In this document: positions 38,746 through 49,085 of the stretch, one piece after another
Position numbering within the stretch: the first letter of the stretch is position 1
Layout: each line of letters opens with the position of its first letter
Assembly: GCA_042408955.1 (NCBI GenBank)
Contig: JBHOQQ010000136.1
Coordinates: 3,750-67,749 of the forward strand
From: Thermomicrobiales bacterium
GTDB taxonomy: Bacteria > Chloroflexota > Chloroflexia > Thermomicrobiales > UBA6265
DNA length: 64,000 nt
Direction of reading: 5' to 3'
Position numbers and translations under genes: made by a program
The notes under the pieces: generated by a model
What the model was told of the DNA's origin: nothing
What the model saw: the letters and a program-made list of their open reading frames with translations, nothing else
Databases searched by the model: none

Positions 38746-39951
38746 ATGGACCGGCACGAGCCCAAAGAGGGAGTTCCTGGTAAACCGGTCTTCGATCTGC
38801 AAGGCCGGCTCGGGAATTTCCTGATTTCCGACATCCTGCAGATGATCAGCCTGTCCGGCAAGACGGGAACGTTGACGCTGATCCAGGGATGGAACACCCG
38901 AACGATCTCGTTCGAGAACGGCCGCATCACGTATGTCGCCGCGGGGGCACGCTTACCCGGTATGTTCGATCTGCTAATTCGCATCGGCCGGGTGCAGCGG
39001 CACCAGGTCGAAGCGTTTCGCGCTCGTCGTCCCGGAAAAACCGAAGAAGAGATGCTAGCCGAGCTGGTGCAGCGCAAAATCCTCGACCGGGAAGATCTGG
39101 AACGCTGTCACGAGCTGTTGCTTGAAACCGCGGTGTATACCCTGTTTCTGTGGCGCAACTGCCAGTTCACGTTCAAGGCTGGCGAGGTTGTGAAAGAGGG
39201 TGGTGTTGCGGTTACCGTTGATGGAAACCACCTCATCATTGAGGGCACCCGACGCGTTGATGAATGGATCCAGATCAGCCCGGTTGTCCCGTCGGTGTTC
39301 ATGATCTTCCGGCAGCGGCCTCATCTGATCGAGCGCACTGTACCCGAGCATCTCCAGCGCGTCTATCGCGCAGTTGATGGCCAGCGCGACGTCGCGACCA
39401 TCGCGCGGTTAACCGGCCTCACCCAGTTTGAAGCCGCAAAGGCGCTCTATGAGCTAGTGCAAGGACGATTCGTCGAGGCCATTCCACCGAACAAGCTCAA
39501 GCTCTGTGAGCTGTTCAACCTGGCTGTGGAGTCGATTTATCTCAAGCTCATCCTGTTCGACTACAGCCGCGATGCCCTCCAATTCGAAAACGAGCTCAAC
39601 CGATTCGCGGTGGAGAACCGGCTCAAGGTGCGGATGGCGTCCGGAAAGGTGATCAGGAGTGATCTCGACACACCCATCACGCCGACTGAATTGATCGACC
39701 TCTACAAGCTCTTCATCGGCATTCAAAACAACAAGTTCTCGAAAATGTTCGAGCCGCACGTCTATCAGGGCCTAATGGAGGGGCTCTATCTCAACGCGGA
39801 TCCCGAGTTTAAGACCATGATGCGCATGTACGAATTCATCGAGATCGAGGGGCTGCTGCTTCTTGACATGTTCGAACGGCGCCAGACCAAGCGCCCCGTG
39901 GACGGCACTGAAGAGCTTTCGCCGAGGTCCTCTGAGCACCGGAGCGCGTAG
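38746..39951 (+). CDS. PATAN/DUF4388 domain-containing protein
   Basis: N-terminal LQGRLGNFLISDILQMISLSGKTGTLTLIQGWNTRTISFENGRITYV is typical of DUF4388. I recognise nothing in the remaining roughly 280 aa. Confidence 0.7.
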   Translation: MDRHEPKEGVPGKPVFDLQGRLGNFLISDILQMISLSGKTGTLTLIQGWNTRTISFENGRITYVAAGARLPGMFDLLIRIGRVQRHQVEAFRARRPGKTEEEMLAELVQRKILDREDLERCHELLLETAVYTLFLWRNCQFTFKAGEVVKEGGVAVTVDGNHLIIEGTRRVDEWIQISPVVPSVFMIFRQRPHLIERTVPEHLQRVYRAVDGQRDVATIARLTGLTQFEAAKALYELVQGRFVEAIPPNKLKLCELFNLAVESIYLKLILFDYSRDALQFENELNRFAVENRLKVRMASGKVIRSDLDTPITPTELIDLYKLFIGIQNNKFSKMFEPHVYQGLMEGLYLNADPEFKTMMRMYEFIEIEGLLLLDMFERRQTKRPVDGTEELSPRSSEHRSA

Positions 39952-40278
39952 CCGCGTCGCGCTGCACGCGGAACACGGCTCAGCCAAGGAAGCCAGGAGA
40001 CCCCGGACCTCCTCGGTGAAATAGAGCTTCCTCACTTCGCGTTCCCGCGCTGGCGCGAGCGGAATGATGGGTCGAGCGCCCTTCAGAGGGCTCCGTGCGA
40101 CATCGCGCGTGGCAAGACCAGCCGGCCTTCGCCGGCTTCGTAGCTTGAGCACGAGCCTTGAACCCCGCGCGTTGAACCCGTGCGAGCTGCGGCACCGGCA
40201 TCGGAAAGCGCCGGCGTCGTGGAGTCCATGAAGCAGCTAGAGTAGCCAGCGCATCGTAGCTCTTTCTGAGCGCGGGCC

Positions 40279-41700
40279 ATGACGCCAAACCAGACTATAA
40301 TCCGTGGTGGGCCTGACCATGCGGGTCCCGGCCCATCGTACCCACGCGCTTCACGGAGGGTCTACCGCGTGGCGGGAGCCGACATCCGCCGTTTCTCGGG
40401 CGACCGGCGCAACACTGGAGCAGCCATCGTCCGTGGCGTCGTCAGCAGTGCATTGATTGCGCTCGCCGATGCCGCGATCTTCCCAACACTGGTGCTGGTC
40501 GCTTTCGCGGCCCAGCTCACGGATGATTTGGTCATCATCGGGCTCGTGCCCGCGATGAGCGCGGGATTGTGGTTTCTCCCACAACTCCTGGCTCGTCCTC
40601 TCACGCATCTGACGAACCGGCAGGTTCCTTGGATGACTGGAGCAGCAATCATCCGCGCTGCAGCGATAATTCTGCTTGCCGTCATTGGATTCCGTGATGA
40701 CGTGAGCAATACACAGCGCTTGCGCTCGTTGCTCATATGCTATGCGGCGTTCGTGCTCGCGTCAGGCTTTGCCGCCGTCCCTGCCACGGAGCTTGTCCAG
40801 CGAGCCATTCCGCCGGACCAACGCTCCTGGTTCCTGCGTGTCCGCAACCTTTGGGCGATTGCAGGAGGAGCGGCCGCTGCCAGCTTAGTGTTTCGTGTGC
40901 TTGGTCCGGAAGGCCCGGCATTTCCGAAGAATTTCGCGTATCTCTTTGTTGTGGCGGCCGCTGCCCTCAGCGCGGCGGTGTTCTTCCAAGCCAGGGAGCG
41001 GGATCCTGCAATGCTGCCGACCGATCGCCCGCCGCGCAACGCCGCGCGGGCACTGCTCGACACGAATTTTCGGCGCTTCCTCACCTTTCGGATCTTGGCA
41101 TCGCTCTCGACGCTCGCCGATCCTTTCGTGATCCTCTACGCTTTTCGCGAACTCAACACCCCGCTCTGGGCGATCGGCCCCTACCTTGCGACGCTAATCT
41201 TCGCCCGACTATGCTTTGCGCCCCTGTGGTCCCTGCTCGCTACCCGTGCAGGCCACCGCGCAGTGCTCCAGGGTGCCGCGCTTGCCCGCCTGCTTGCGCC
41301 GCTCGTGACCTTGTTGCTTCCCTTCTTGGCCGACAGCAGTCTGTATCAAAACCGGTTTCACGATCTCAGCCCGCTCTGGTATGCGTTCGGGATCGTCTTC
41401 ATGTTGCACGGCGCCTCGCTTGCAGGGCAATCCAACAGCACCTTCGCCTACCTTCTCGACATCGCGCCTACGGACCGCCGTTTCGCCTACATTTGGATGA
41501 CCAACGTCATCCTGATGGTTACCGCCTTCGCCCCCATCGCTGGCGCTTATATCATCGAGCGCTCTGGCTTCGACCGCGTCTTCATCGTCGCCGCACTTGC
41601 CAGTCTCACGGCGATCTTGGCGAGTGGCCTGCTGACCGACACGCACACCGGCACGCGAGCGGTCGCCCAAACATGGCGGCTTCGCGGAGCGCGGTCATAA
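40279..41700 (+). CDS. MFS transporter
   Basis: 473 aa with about 12 hydrophobic helices and a central loop. No specific subfamily recognised. Confidence 0.7.
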   Translation: MTPNQTIIRGGPDHAGPGPSYPRASRRVYRVAGADIRRFSGDRRNTGAAIVRGVVSSALIALADAAIFPTLVLVAFAAQLTDDLVIIGLVPAMSAGLWFLPQLLARPLTHLTNRQVPWMTGAAIIRAAAIILLAVIGFRDDVSNTQRLRSLLICYAAFVLASGFAAVPATELVQRAIPPDQRSWFLRVRNLWAIAGGAAAASLVFRVLGPEGPAFPKNFAYLFVVAAAALSAAVFFQARERDPAMLPTDRPPRNAARALLDTNFRRFLTFRILASLSTLADPFVILYAFRELNTPLWAIGPYLATLIFARLCFAPLWSLLATRAGHRAVLQGAALARLLAPLVTLLLPFLADSSLYQNRFHDLSPLWYAFGIVFMLHGASLAGQSNSTFAYLLDIAPTDRRFAYIWMTNVILMVTAFAPIAGAYIIERSGFDRVFIVAALASLTAILASGLLTDTHTGTRAVAQTWRLRGARS

Positions 41701-41721
41701 ATCACGCGATCAACCGGGGAA

Positions 41722-42642
41722 TCAGGCAACTACCTGGGCCATGACCCTCGTCGCGAGCAGTTCTAGCCCGTCAATGTCGTCCATATCTAGCCACTGCGCC
41801 TGGAGACGCGAAACCCCCGCCTCAGCGAGCCGCCCAACCTGGTCCACAAGGGCATCCGGAGAGCCGGCAATGATGCCTCGCTGCCGGGCCGTCTCGGGAT
41901 CGAGACCCAGCTTCTCGCGTGCCTCGGCGTCGGTTCGACCGATCACCACCCGCGTCATCAGCGTCCGCCGCACCGCGTGCCGTGGCCGGCCAGCCTCATC
42001 AAGATACTGATCTAAGATGGCATTCAATTCGCGGAACCGCTCGACGGGCACCAGGACCGCGTTCCATTCGTCCGCGTACCTGGCGGCCAGTCGCAGCGTG
42101 CGCTTCATGCCGTTCCCACCGATGACGATCGGAGGTCCGCCTGGCCGTTGAGGCCGCGGCAGGAGCAGAGCATCTTCCAGGCGATAGAACTCTCCGGCAA
42201 AGCTCACCGGCGTATCCGACCGGAGCAGCCTCGTCACGACCTCAAGTGCTTCCTCCAGGCGGCGGAACCGCCCGTCTAGATCGAGCAAGTCAAATCCATA
42301 CGCACGGTGCTCACGCTCTTGCCAGCCAGCACCTAGCCCCAGGCGCAGGCGTCCACCGGACAGGTCGTCGACTGCCGCAGCCGTCCACGCCGTGATCACG
42401 GGATGCCGGAAGGAGACGGGAGAGACGAGGGGACCAAATTCGATGCGCCGCGTATGGCTTGCCAGCCAGGTCAACGAAGCCCAGAGCTCAAGAGCATCCT
42501 TGTGCGGCCCGCTCGCATTCGTGAAGTGGTCGGAGCGAAACAATCCGGCAAATCCGAGGTCCTCCGCTGCCTCCGCCAGACGGTGCCAGCGCGGCCAGTT
42601 GAGCCCATCCTGACCCTCGATCATGATGGCAAGCTCAATCAT
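41722..42642 (-). CDS. LLM-class (luciferase-like) F420-dependent oxidoreductase
   Basis: MIELAIMIEGQDGLNWPRWHRLAEAAEDLGFAGLFRSDHF and GLGAGWQEREH. Start taken at Met10 of the ORF. Confidence 0.8.
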   Translation of the reverse strand: MIELAIMIEGQDGLNWPRWHRLAEAAEDLGFAGLFRSDHFTNASGPHKDALELWASLTWLASHTRRIEFGPLVSPVSFRHPVITAWTAAAVDDLSGGRLRLGLGAGWQEREHRAYGFDLLDLDGRFRRLEEALEVVTRLLRSDTPVSFAGEFYRLEDALLLPRPQRPGGPPIVIGGNGMKRTLRLAARYADEWNAVLVPVERFRELNAILDQYLDEAGRPRHAVRRTLMTRVVIGRTDAEAREKLGLDPETARQRGIIAGSPDALVDQVGRLAEAGVSRLQAQWLDMDDIDGLELLATRVMAQVVA

Positions 42643-42692
42643 GCTCCTGCATCCTCCGTCGCTATGCATCAGGGAAGTCCACGTATGGAAGG

Positions 42693-43472
42693 TTACCGTG
42701 CCTCCGTGGGCCGTGACTCCGGAGACTCGTGAGAGTCTCCCTCAACGTGCCCGGCCGGTTGGATTCCAACATACAAAAGATCTAGGCAGCGTTGGTAAAG
42801 GATATTCGCGGGCAATGGCTGACATTTCGCGAGATACCCATTGATCTCAAGCGTGACGAAACCATGTGCCATGGACCATGTGGCGAGTGCAACCTCGACG
42901 GGATCGGTCTCTCGAAGCTCTCCCACGGCTATGGCCGCTTTCACCTCTTCCAAGAGCACGCCGAACAACGCGGCCGCTCGCGGCACAACCGCGTCACTCG
43001 GCCGGTAGGCGGCTTCCACGCGGCCGAAAATGAGCTGAAAGAGATCGGGGTCGGAGCGTGCAAAGTCACGATAGGCCCTTCCCAGCTCTTGCAACCGCGC
43101 CCGTCCAGGAGGAAATGCTTCGATCGCCTGCTGGAACGCGGCGTGCAGGCGCTCTGCGCCTTCGAGATAGAGTGCATCCAGAACGGCATCCTTGCTATCA
43201 AAGTACGCGTAGAGCGTGGGCGCATGAACGCCAACCGCGCTCGCCAAGGTCCGCATCGCCAGCTTCTCGATGCCGTGTTCCTGCACGATCCGGCGCGCCG
43301 CGTCCAGAATTTCCCGGCGCATCTGGGCGCGCAACCGCTCGCGGCGGCTTCCTCCCTCCGGCCGTGCTTCCATCGTTTCCTGCATGCCGCCCATCTCGTT
43401 GCCGAACACCGTTAGCGATTCCAAACGTCCGTATCGTACTGCTCTTTCCGCTCTAGCCGCAATCGGCAGCAC
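42693..43472 (-). CDS. TetR/AcrR family transcriptional regulator
   Basis: REILDAARRIVQEHGIEKLAMRTLASAVGVHAPTLYAYFDSKDAVL HTH. The true start is probably internal (for example Met27 at 43394). Confidence 0.85.
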   Translation of the reverse strand: MLPIAARAERAVRYGRLESLTVFGNEMGGMQETMEARPEGGSRRERLRAQMRREILDAARRIVQEHGIEKLAMRTLASAVGVHAPTLYAYFDSKDAVLDALYLEGAERLHAAFQQAIEAFPPGRARLQELGRAYRDFARSDPDLFQLIFGRVEAAYRPSDAVVPRAAALFGVLLEEVKAAIAVGELRETDPVEVALATWSMAHGFVTLEINGYLAKCQPLPANILYQRCLDLLYVGIQPAGHVEGDSHESPESRPTEAR

Positions 43473-43640
43473 CGCCAGCGTGTTCGAGCGACTCTCCGGA
43501 GACTACCGTTGCTTTGACGCGCCCCATCGTGAGACGATGCGGCTTGATGCGGGGAGGTGCGCGATCATCGGGCACGGTCGCTCGCGATGTTCCGCTGTTG
43601 TTTGTGCCGGTCGTACAGGGCGAGGATGGTGCACCGTCTC

Positions 43641-44597
43641 ATGAGGCGCCAGCGCGCTCCGAGGATCGCCGCGGTCGGGTTAGCAAGCTGGGACCGCTTG
43701 CTAACCGTGGAACGGTATCCGGCTCCCGGTGGCTATGCCATCGTGCGTCAATGCCTGGAATTGCCGGGCGGCACCACGACGAACAGCGCGGTGACGGCCG
43801 CGAGGCTTGGCGCGCAGGTCTCCATCGTCGCGCTCGTCGGCGATGACGCGCCAGGGAGAGCGATCCGGGAAGCCCTCGGCCGGGAAGGGATTGCGACAGC
43901 CTGGCTTGCGACCGATCCCTCTTTCCCAACGGACGCTGCCACGGTAATCATTTCGACCGAGCCACCCGAGCGGACGATTTTCTGGCATCAAGGGGCGCGG
44001 CTATCCCGAGGCTCACGCTTGGATATTACCAGCATCTTCGAGCATGATGTCGTGCTCATCGACGTCGATGATCTCTCACTCCGGCGGTTTCTGGTCGATC
44101 TCCCAGCCCATACGGTACCGACTGCCCGGCTGCTCGGCCCGCTCACCTACCTCGCGGACGCAGCAACACCGGATGCGTTGGAAATTGCGGCGCGTCATGA
44201 TGTTATCGTCGGCAATGAGCGTGAAGCGCTGGCAGTCACCGGCCAACCTTGCCTGGATCGTGCTATTTGCCGGATTCAAGAAGCGATGCGCGGGCAGACG
44301 CTGCGCGCCGGCCTCATCACCAGGGGAGCGGCCGGCGCCGTAGCCTTTACACAGACTGAGCGGTGGGACACACCTGCCTATGACGTCCCGGTGGTCGATC
44401 CGACGGGAGCAGGTGACGCGTTTGCCGGAGCCGTAGCCTTCGCGATGGCCCAACATTGGGCCTGGCCGGACACGCTGCGATTCGCCAACGCGGTCGCCGC
44501 GCTCTCGACCAGGGCCGTGGGCGCCCAAACCGCGCTCCCCTCGATCGATGAGGCACTTGCGTTGCTGGGATACGACCCACGCTCACTGCTGCATTGA
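43641..44597 (+). CDS. PfkB family carbohydrate kinase
   Basis: RIAAVGLASWD N-terminus and the DPTGAGDAFAGAVAF signature. Start ambiguous (43626 or 43641). Confidence 0.8.
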   Translation: MRRQRAPRIAAVGLASWDRLLTVERYPAPGGYAIVRQCLELPGGTTTNSAVTAARLGAQVSIVALVGDDAPGRAIREALGREGIATAWLATDPSFPTDAATVIISTEPPERTIFWHQGARLSRGSRLDITSIFEHDVVLIDVDDLSLRRFLVDLPAHTVPTARLLGPLTYLADAATPDALEIAARHDVIVGNEREALAVTGQPCLDRAICRIQEAMRGQTLRAGLITRGAAGAVAFTQTERWDTPAYDVPVVDPTGAGDAFAGAVAFAMAQHWAWPDTLRFANAVAALSTRAVGAQTALPSIDEALALLGYDPRSLLH

Positions 44598-45806
44598 GCC
44601 AATCGCAGCAGGCCTGGCCTCTTCCAGTGCGATCGCAAGCTCTGTTCGCACCATCTCGTCCGATTCTCGCCGCCACTGCCGCTCCATCACCGTACGCGCG
44701 GCGGCACCTCCGATGCGGCTCAATGCCCAGATCGCATGTGCCCGCACGAGCGGCTCATCGTGGCTCTCGGCAGCGGCGGCCAGGTAGGGCACATCTTCCT
44801 CCGTCCCGATATTGCCAAGCGCGACGGCCGCGTTCCTGGCCAGGCCGCGGCGCTTCGCGCGCAATACCGCTGTTCCCCGGTAGACACTGCGAAACTCTTC
44901 CTCGGTCATCCGCAGGAGCCACCGCAACGGCGGATAGGCATGCTCCAAGCGCCGTGGCATAAACGCCGGATCGGGCGCATCCTTGGCAGCCCGTGTATAA
45001 GGGCAAGCTTCCTGGCACACATCACAGCCAAAGACCCAATCGCCGAGCAACGGGCGCAGTTCCAATGGGATGACACCACGCTGCTCAATAGTCTGGAACG
45101 AGAGGCAGCGCGGCGTGTCCACCACGTACGGCGCCACGATGGCACCAGTGGGACAGGCGTCGAGACACAGCGAGCAGCGACCGCAATCGCGCTGCAGCGG
45201 CTGGCCAGGCTCAAGCTCAAGATCCAGAAGCAATTCCCCGAGCATGACCCACGAGCCATGTCCCGGCACGATCAGGCAGGTGTGCTTGCCATACCATCCT
45301 AGGCCCGCTCGCGCGGCAACGGCACGGTCAACGATCCGAGCGGTATCGACCAAAAACCGTGCCTCGACCTTCCGCCCGACTTCTTGCTCGATTGCTGCAT
45401 GCAGGCGGCGTAAGCGTTCCTTGATGACATCGTGATAATCGCGGCCCCAGGCGTAGCGCGCGATCCGGCCACGCGGCTCGCCGTCGTCTGGCTTCCCCAG
45501 ACCGCGGGTCCAATAGGGAATGCCGACGATGACGATTGAGCATGCGCTCGCCTGCAAGTTCCGGGGATTCGCGGAAAACGCGGCGCGCTCAACGGTAAAC
45601 CAATCCAGCCCGGCCATTCGCCCAGCCCGGATATGACGCTCCAGGTACTCGGCAAGCTCTGGAAACGCCTCGGCCGTTGTTACCGCGGCGATGGCTAGCC
45701 CATGCTCGGCTGCAAGCCGCTTGATCCGCGCGGTCAGCGCACGGCGCTGGCCATTGATCGTAACCGGTGGATGGAAGGTGAGAAACGCGGGCTGGGCTGC
45801 GTTCAT
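44583..45806 (-). CDS. queG: epoxyqueuosine reductase QueG with C-terminal HEAT-like repeats
   Basis: Two ferredoxin-type motifs (CGRCSLCLDACPTGAI, GCDVCQEACPY) and a C-terminal repeat region (RNAAVALGNIG..PLVRAHAIWAL). Start at ATG 45806 because an rpmB terminator lies inside the longer ORF extension. Confidence 0.85.
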   Translation of the reverse strand: MNAAQPAFLTFHPPVTINGQRRALTARIKRLAAEHGLAIAAVTTAEAFPELAEYLERHIRAGRMAGLDWFTVERAAFSANPRNLQASACSIVIVGIPYWTRGLGKPDDGEPRGRIARYAWGRDYHDVIKERLRRLHAAIEQEVGRKVEARFLVDTARIVDRAVAARAGLGWYGKHTCLIVPGHGSWVMLGELLLDLELEPGQPLQRDCGRCSLCLDACPTGAIVAPYVVDTPRCLSFQTIEQRGVIPLELRPLLGDWVFGCDVCQEACPYTRAAKDAPDPAFMPRRLEHAYPPLRWLLRMTEEEFRSVYRGTAVLRAKRRGLARNAAVALGNIGTEEDVPYLAAAAESHDEPLVRAHAIWALSRIGGAAARTVMERQWRRESDEMVRTELAIALEEARPAAIGSMQQ

Positions 45807-45859
45807 TGGACCCACCACGGAACGGGATTCCAGAGGCGCGGAGACCTTGCTGGTATCGA

Positions 45860-45889
45860 AACATAAAAGGGCGAGCCGCTTGCCCGCCC
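45860..45889 (-). terminator. intrinsic terminator downstream of rpmB
   Basis: On the minus strand, GGGCGGGC-AAGCG-GCTCGCCC (one G-U pair) is followed by TTTTATGTTT. Confidence 0.6.
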
Positions 45890-45947
45890 CTTCCCCGGAA
45901 ATCTGCAACAACGATGCGTACCAGCGCGGCCACGCGCGCGACGCACG

Positions 45948-46145
45948 CTATGCAACGCGCGCGCCGCTCGTCTTCATTACAGTTCGGATGCAGCGAGAGC
46001 AGATATCCACCCGAACAAGCTGGCCGTCCAACACGATGCGCTTCCGGTGGACATTTGGCTTAAAGTCCCGGTTCGTCCGGCGCTTGGAATGGCTGACGTT
46101 GTGTCCGAAGCTCCTGGTTTTTCCACAAATCATGCAACGGGCCAC
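45948..46145 (-). CDS. rpmB: 50S ribosomal protein L28
   Basis: MARCMICGKTRSFGHNVSHSKRRTNRDFKPNVHRKRI. Confidence 0.95.
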   Translation of the reverse strand: MARCMICGKTRSFGHNVSHSKRRTNRDFKPNVHRKRIVLDGQLVRVDICSRCIRTVMKTSGARVA

Positions 46146-46530
46146 GGCGGGCCTCCCTCCCGGCTTGCTAATCCAGATCTATCGACATCTGGGCCGCTGC
46201 GGATGCCCGCGCGGACCTCCTGGCGGCATAGAAGGGCGCCGACCGAGGTGGACGGCGCCATAACAACACCCTATGCTACCACGGCAGGAACGATCCTACA
46301 ACCGCGGATCGAACGTCACGTGCCAGTGGTGGAGACGCCTGTGCGTCTTTCGTGGCTATCGTATTTTCGAGTCTGAAGCCGATGGAATACCTATCTTTGA
46401 CAATTCCGAGGATTAGTGTCGCGCCGGTCTCCATGATGGACGAAAGCCGGCGTGGGTCAGTAGTACCAGCGTGCTCCTGTCCCGCTCTCCAGGAAAGGGT
46501 GGCGCCCACAACGAGCGAAAGGAGCACGCC

Positions 46531-48207
46531 GTGATTCAAAGCGCCATGCGCAGCGCAGTTTGGGATGGTGAGACGCTCTTGGGAGCCATGAGCGCCGCCG
46601 CGGCGGTGCTGGAGACAGAGAAAGGGACGATCAACGCACTGAATGTCTTCCCGGTTCCGGACGGGGACACCGGCACCAACATGGCACTCACGCTCCAATC
46701 GGCCTTAGAAGAAGCGACATCGCTCGCGCTTGACGAGGCCATTCACGCGGGTCAGGTGGCGAACCGTTTGGCTCGTGGCGCACTGATGGGCGCGCGTGGC
46801 AACTCCGGAGTCATTCTTTCGCAGATCTTTCGTGGTTTCGCCAGCGCCATCGCCGGCGCCGAGCGCATTGATGGCAGACAATTCGCCAGCGGATTGGCCG
46901 GCGCCACCGAGCTTGCCTACAAGGCGGTCATGGAGCCGGTAGAAGGTACCATGCTGACAGTGATTCGCGTCGCTGCCGAGCGAGCCGCGAGTTCCGCTCA
47001 CGAGACGTCCGATTTGGCCGCCGTCTTATCCGCGGCGCATGCTGGCGCCCGTGAGGCGCTCGCCGAGACGCCGCATTTGCTTGCGATCTTGCGCCAAGCT
47101 GGTGTCGTCGATGCCGGTGGCAAAGGTCTCGTCACCATCTTCGAGGGATGGGAGCGCTTCGTCCGTGGTGATGTTCTCGAACGCTTTACGCACGCCAGCC
47201 CCGAAGCGCTCGTGGGTGAGATGGCGTTTCTGGATCACATTGACGATCTCCATGGCACCAATACCTTTGGATACTGCACGAACTTTATGATCTTTGGAGA
47301 TCGCATGGATGTCGAACGCATTCGCACCGATCTGGTCCCCCTCGGCACATCAACGGTCATCGTTGGTGATGACGACATAGTTAAAGTGCATATCCACACG
47401 ACCAATCCGGGCCGGGTACTTGAGGTCGCCATTCTTCACGGTGAGCTCGGGCAAATCAAGATCGACAACATGAGCGCCCAGACTCGAGACCTGCGAGCGG
47501 CGCGGGAAGCGCGCAAAAGTGCCGCCCACGCGCTCCGCGTCTCTCCAGTGGGCAAGCAGGCGGTGCTTGCCGTCGCATCAGGAGAGGGTCTCATCCGAGC
47601 GCTGCTCGACATGGGTGCGACCGGGATCATCCCCGGCGGGCAGACCATGAACCCGAGCATCGAAGAGCTTCTTGCCGCCGTGCATGACGCTCCCACCCAG
47701 GACGTCATTCTGCTGCCCAACAATCCCAACATCTTGCTAGCAGCGCATCATGTGACGCAATTGACGACAAAGCGCGTCCGGGTCGTTCCATCTCGCTCGA
47801 TTCCTCAAGCCCTTGCCGCACTGACCGCATTCAACGTCAATGCCGACCTTGACCGGAACGCGCGCGCCATGACGGACGCGCTCGACTCGGTTTGCACAAT
47901 CGAAATCGCCCGTGCTGACAAGGATGCATCCATCAACGGCGTACAGGTGCGTCAGGGCGATGCCATCGCGCTCGTCAACGATGCACTCGTCGCAAGCCAT
48001 GAGAACGAGCATGAGGCAGTGTTCCAGGCACTTCCTCATTGCTCACCAGAAACCGCGGAACTCCTGACAATTTTCGCTGGTGCAGACGCGGATCCAGCTG
48101 ACCTGCACGTTCTTGCGTCCGCCATCAAGGAGCGCTACCCAGGACTCGAGGTTCAAATGCATCCCGGCGGCCAGCCACATTACCGATACATCATTTCGGT
48201 TGAATAA
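46531..48207 (+). CDS. fakA: DAK2-domain fusion protein YloV / fatty acid kinase FakA-like
   Basis: DhaL-type N-terminus (LNVFPVPDGDTGTNM, GARGNSGVILSQ) plus a YloV-type C-terminal domain. GTG 46531 lies 6 nt after AAAGGAG. Confidence 0.8.
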   Translation: MIQSAMRSAVWDGETLLGAMSAAAAVLETEKGTINALNVFPVPDGDTGTNMALTLQSALEEATSLALDEAIHAGQVANRLARGALMGARGNSGVILSQIFRGFASAIAGAERIDGRQFASGLAGATELAYKAVMEPVEGTMLTVIRVAAERAASSAHETSDLAAVLSAAHAGAREALAETPHLLAILRQAGVVDAGGKGLVTIFEGWERFVRGDVLERFTHASPEALVGEMAFLDHIDDLHGTNTFGYCTNFMIFGDRMDVERIRTDLVPLGTSTVIVGDDDIVKVHIHTTNPGRVLEVAILHGELGQIKIDNMSAQTRDLRAAREARKSAAHALRVSPVGKQAVLAVASGEGLIRALLDMGATGIIPGGQTMNPSIEELLAAVHDAPTQDVILLPNNPNILLAAHHVTQLTTKRVRVVPSRSIPQALAALTAFNVNADLDRNARAMTDALDSVCTIEIARADKDASINGVQVRQGDAIALVNDALVASHENEHEAVFQALPHCSPETAELLTIFAGADADPADLHVLASAIKERYPGLEVQMHPGGQPHYRYIISVE

Positions 48208-48236
48208 CGGATACACCCGGTTCGGGAGACTCAGAC

Positions 48237-49079
48237 GTGCCACGCATTGCCGTCGTTACTGATAGCACCGCCGACCTGCCGCCCGCGCTCAGCGAACCGC
48301 TCGGCATCAGGGTTGTGCCCCTCAACGTCCACTTCGGGGAGCAGGTCTTTCGTGATCAGGTAGATCTCTCCACGGCGGCGTTTATGGAGCGCCTCACGAG
48401 CTCAGCCGTGCTTCCGAAGACGTCGCAGCCATCCCCGGGCGCATTTGCCGACGTCTACGAAGCTCTTGCCAAGGATCACGATGGGATCATCTCGATCCAC
48501 ATCTCGGGAAGGCTCAGCGGCACCGTGCAGTCAGCCCAGCTTGCCAAGACACAGATTGCCACGCCTATCCCAATCGAGGTGATTGACTCCCGCAACGTAT
48601 CGCTCGGGCTGGGGCTGCAAGTCTTGCGCGCCGCCGAGCTGGCAAGTAGTGGACTCGATGTCGAGCACGTGGCAAGGCAGTTGCGAAATGAGATCAACCG
48701 TTATCACCTCGTGTTCTTCGTTGACACGCTAGAGTACCTCCAACGCGGTGGCCGGATTGGCCGGGCGGCCGCGCTGGCTGGGTCGGTGCTCCGGCTGAAA
48801 CCGGTCCTGCGCATCGAGGACGGACAGGTCGTTCCGCATGAGCGCACCCGCACGCGCGCCCGGGCCATCGCTGCGCTTGAGCAGTTTGTGCGGTCGTTGC
48901 CGCGGGTCAATCGCCTGGCGGTGGTCCACAGCACCTCGCCGGACGACGCCGAGCGCTTAGCTGCCTCTCTTGGCCCGCTGACACCCAACGACCCACCGAT
49001 CGTTGCTACGTTTGGACCGGTGGTGGCAACCCACGCGGGACCAGGAGCCGTCGGCGTCATCGCCTACGAGGGAGAGTAG
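48237..49079 (+). CDS. fakB: DegV family fatty-acid-binding protein (FakB-like), copy 1
   Basis: IAVVTDSTADLP, TSQPSPG, LEYLQRGGRIG. Confidence 0.85.
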   Translation: MPRIAVVTDSTADLPPALSEPLGIRVVPLNVHFGEQVFRDQVDLSTAAFMERLTSSAVLPKTSQPSPGAFADVYEALAKDHDGIISIHISGRLSGTVQSAQLAKTQIATPIPIEVIDSRNVSLGLGLQVLRAAELASSGLDVEHVARQLRNEINRYHLVFFVDTLEYLQRGGRIGRAAALAGSVLRLKPVLRIEDGQVVPHERTRTRARAIAALEQFVRSLPRVNRLAVVHSTSPDDAERLAASLGPLTPNDPPIVATFGPVVATHAGPGAVGVIAYEGE

Positions 49080-49085
49080 GACGAA

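Noticed and set aside
46333-46352. Small hairpin AGACGC-CTGT-GCGTCT plus TTTCG as a terminator of an sRNA between rpmB and fakA
   Set aside because: The stem is only 6 bp, the U-tract is weak, and no upstream promoter or conserved structure could be identified. It is left unreported as a feature.
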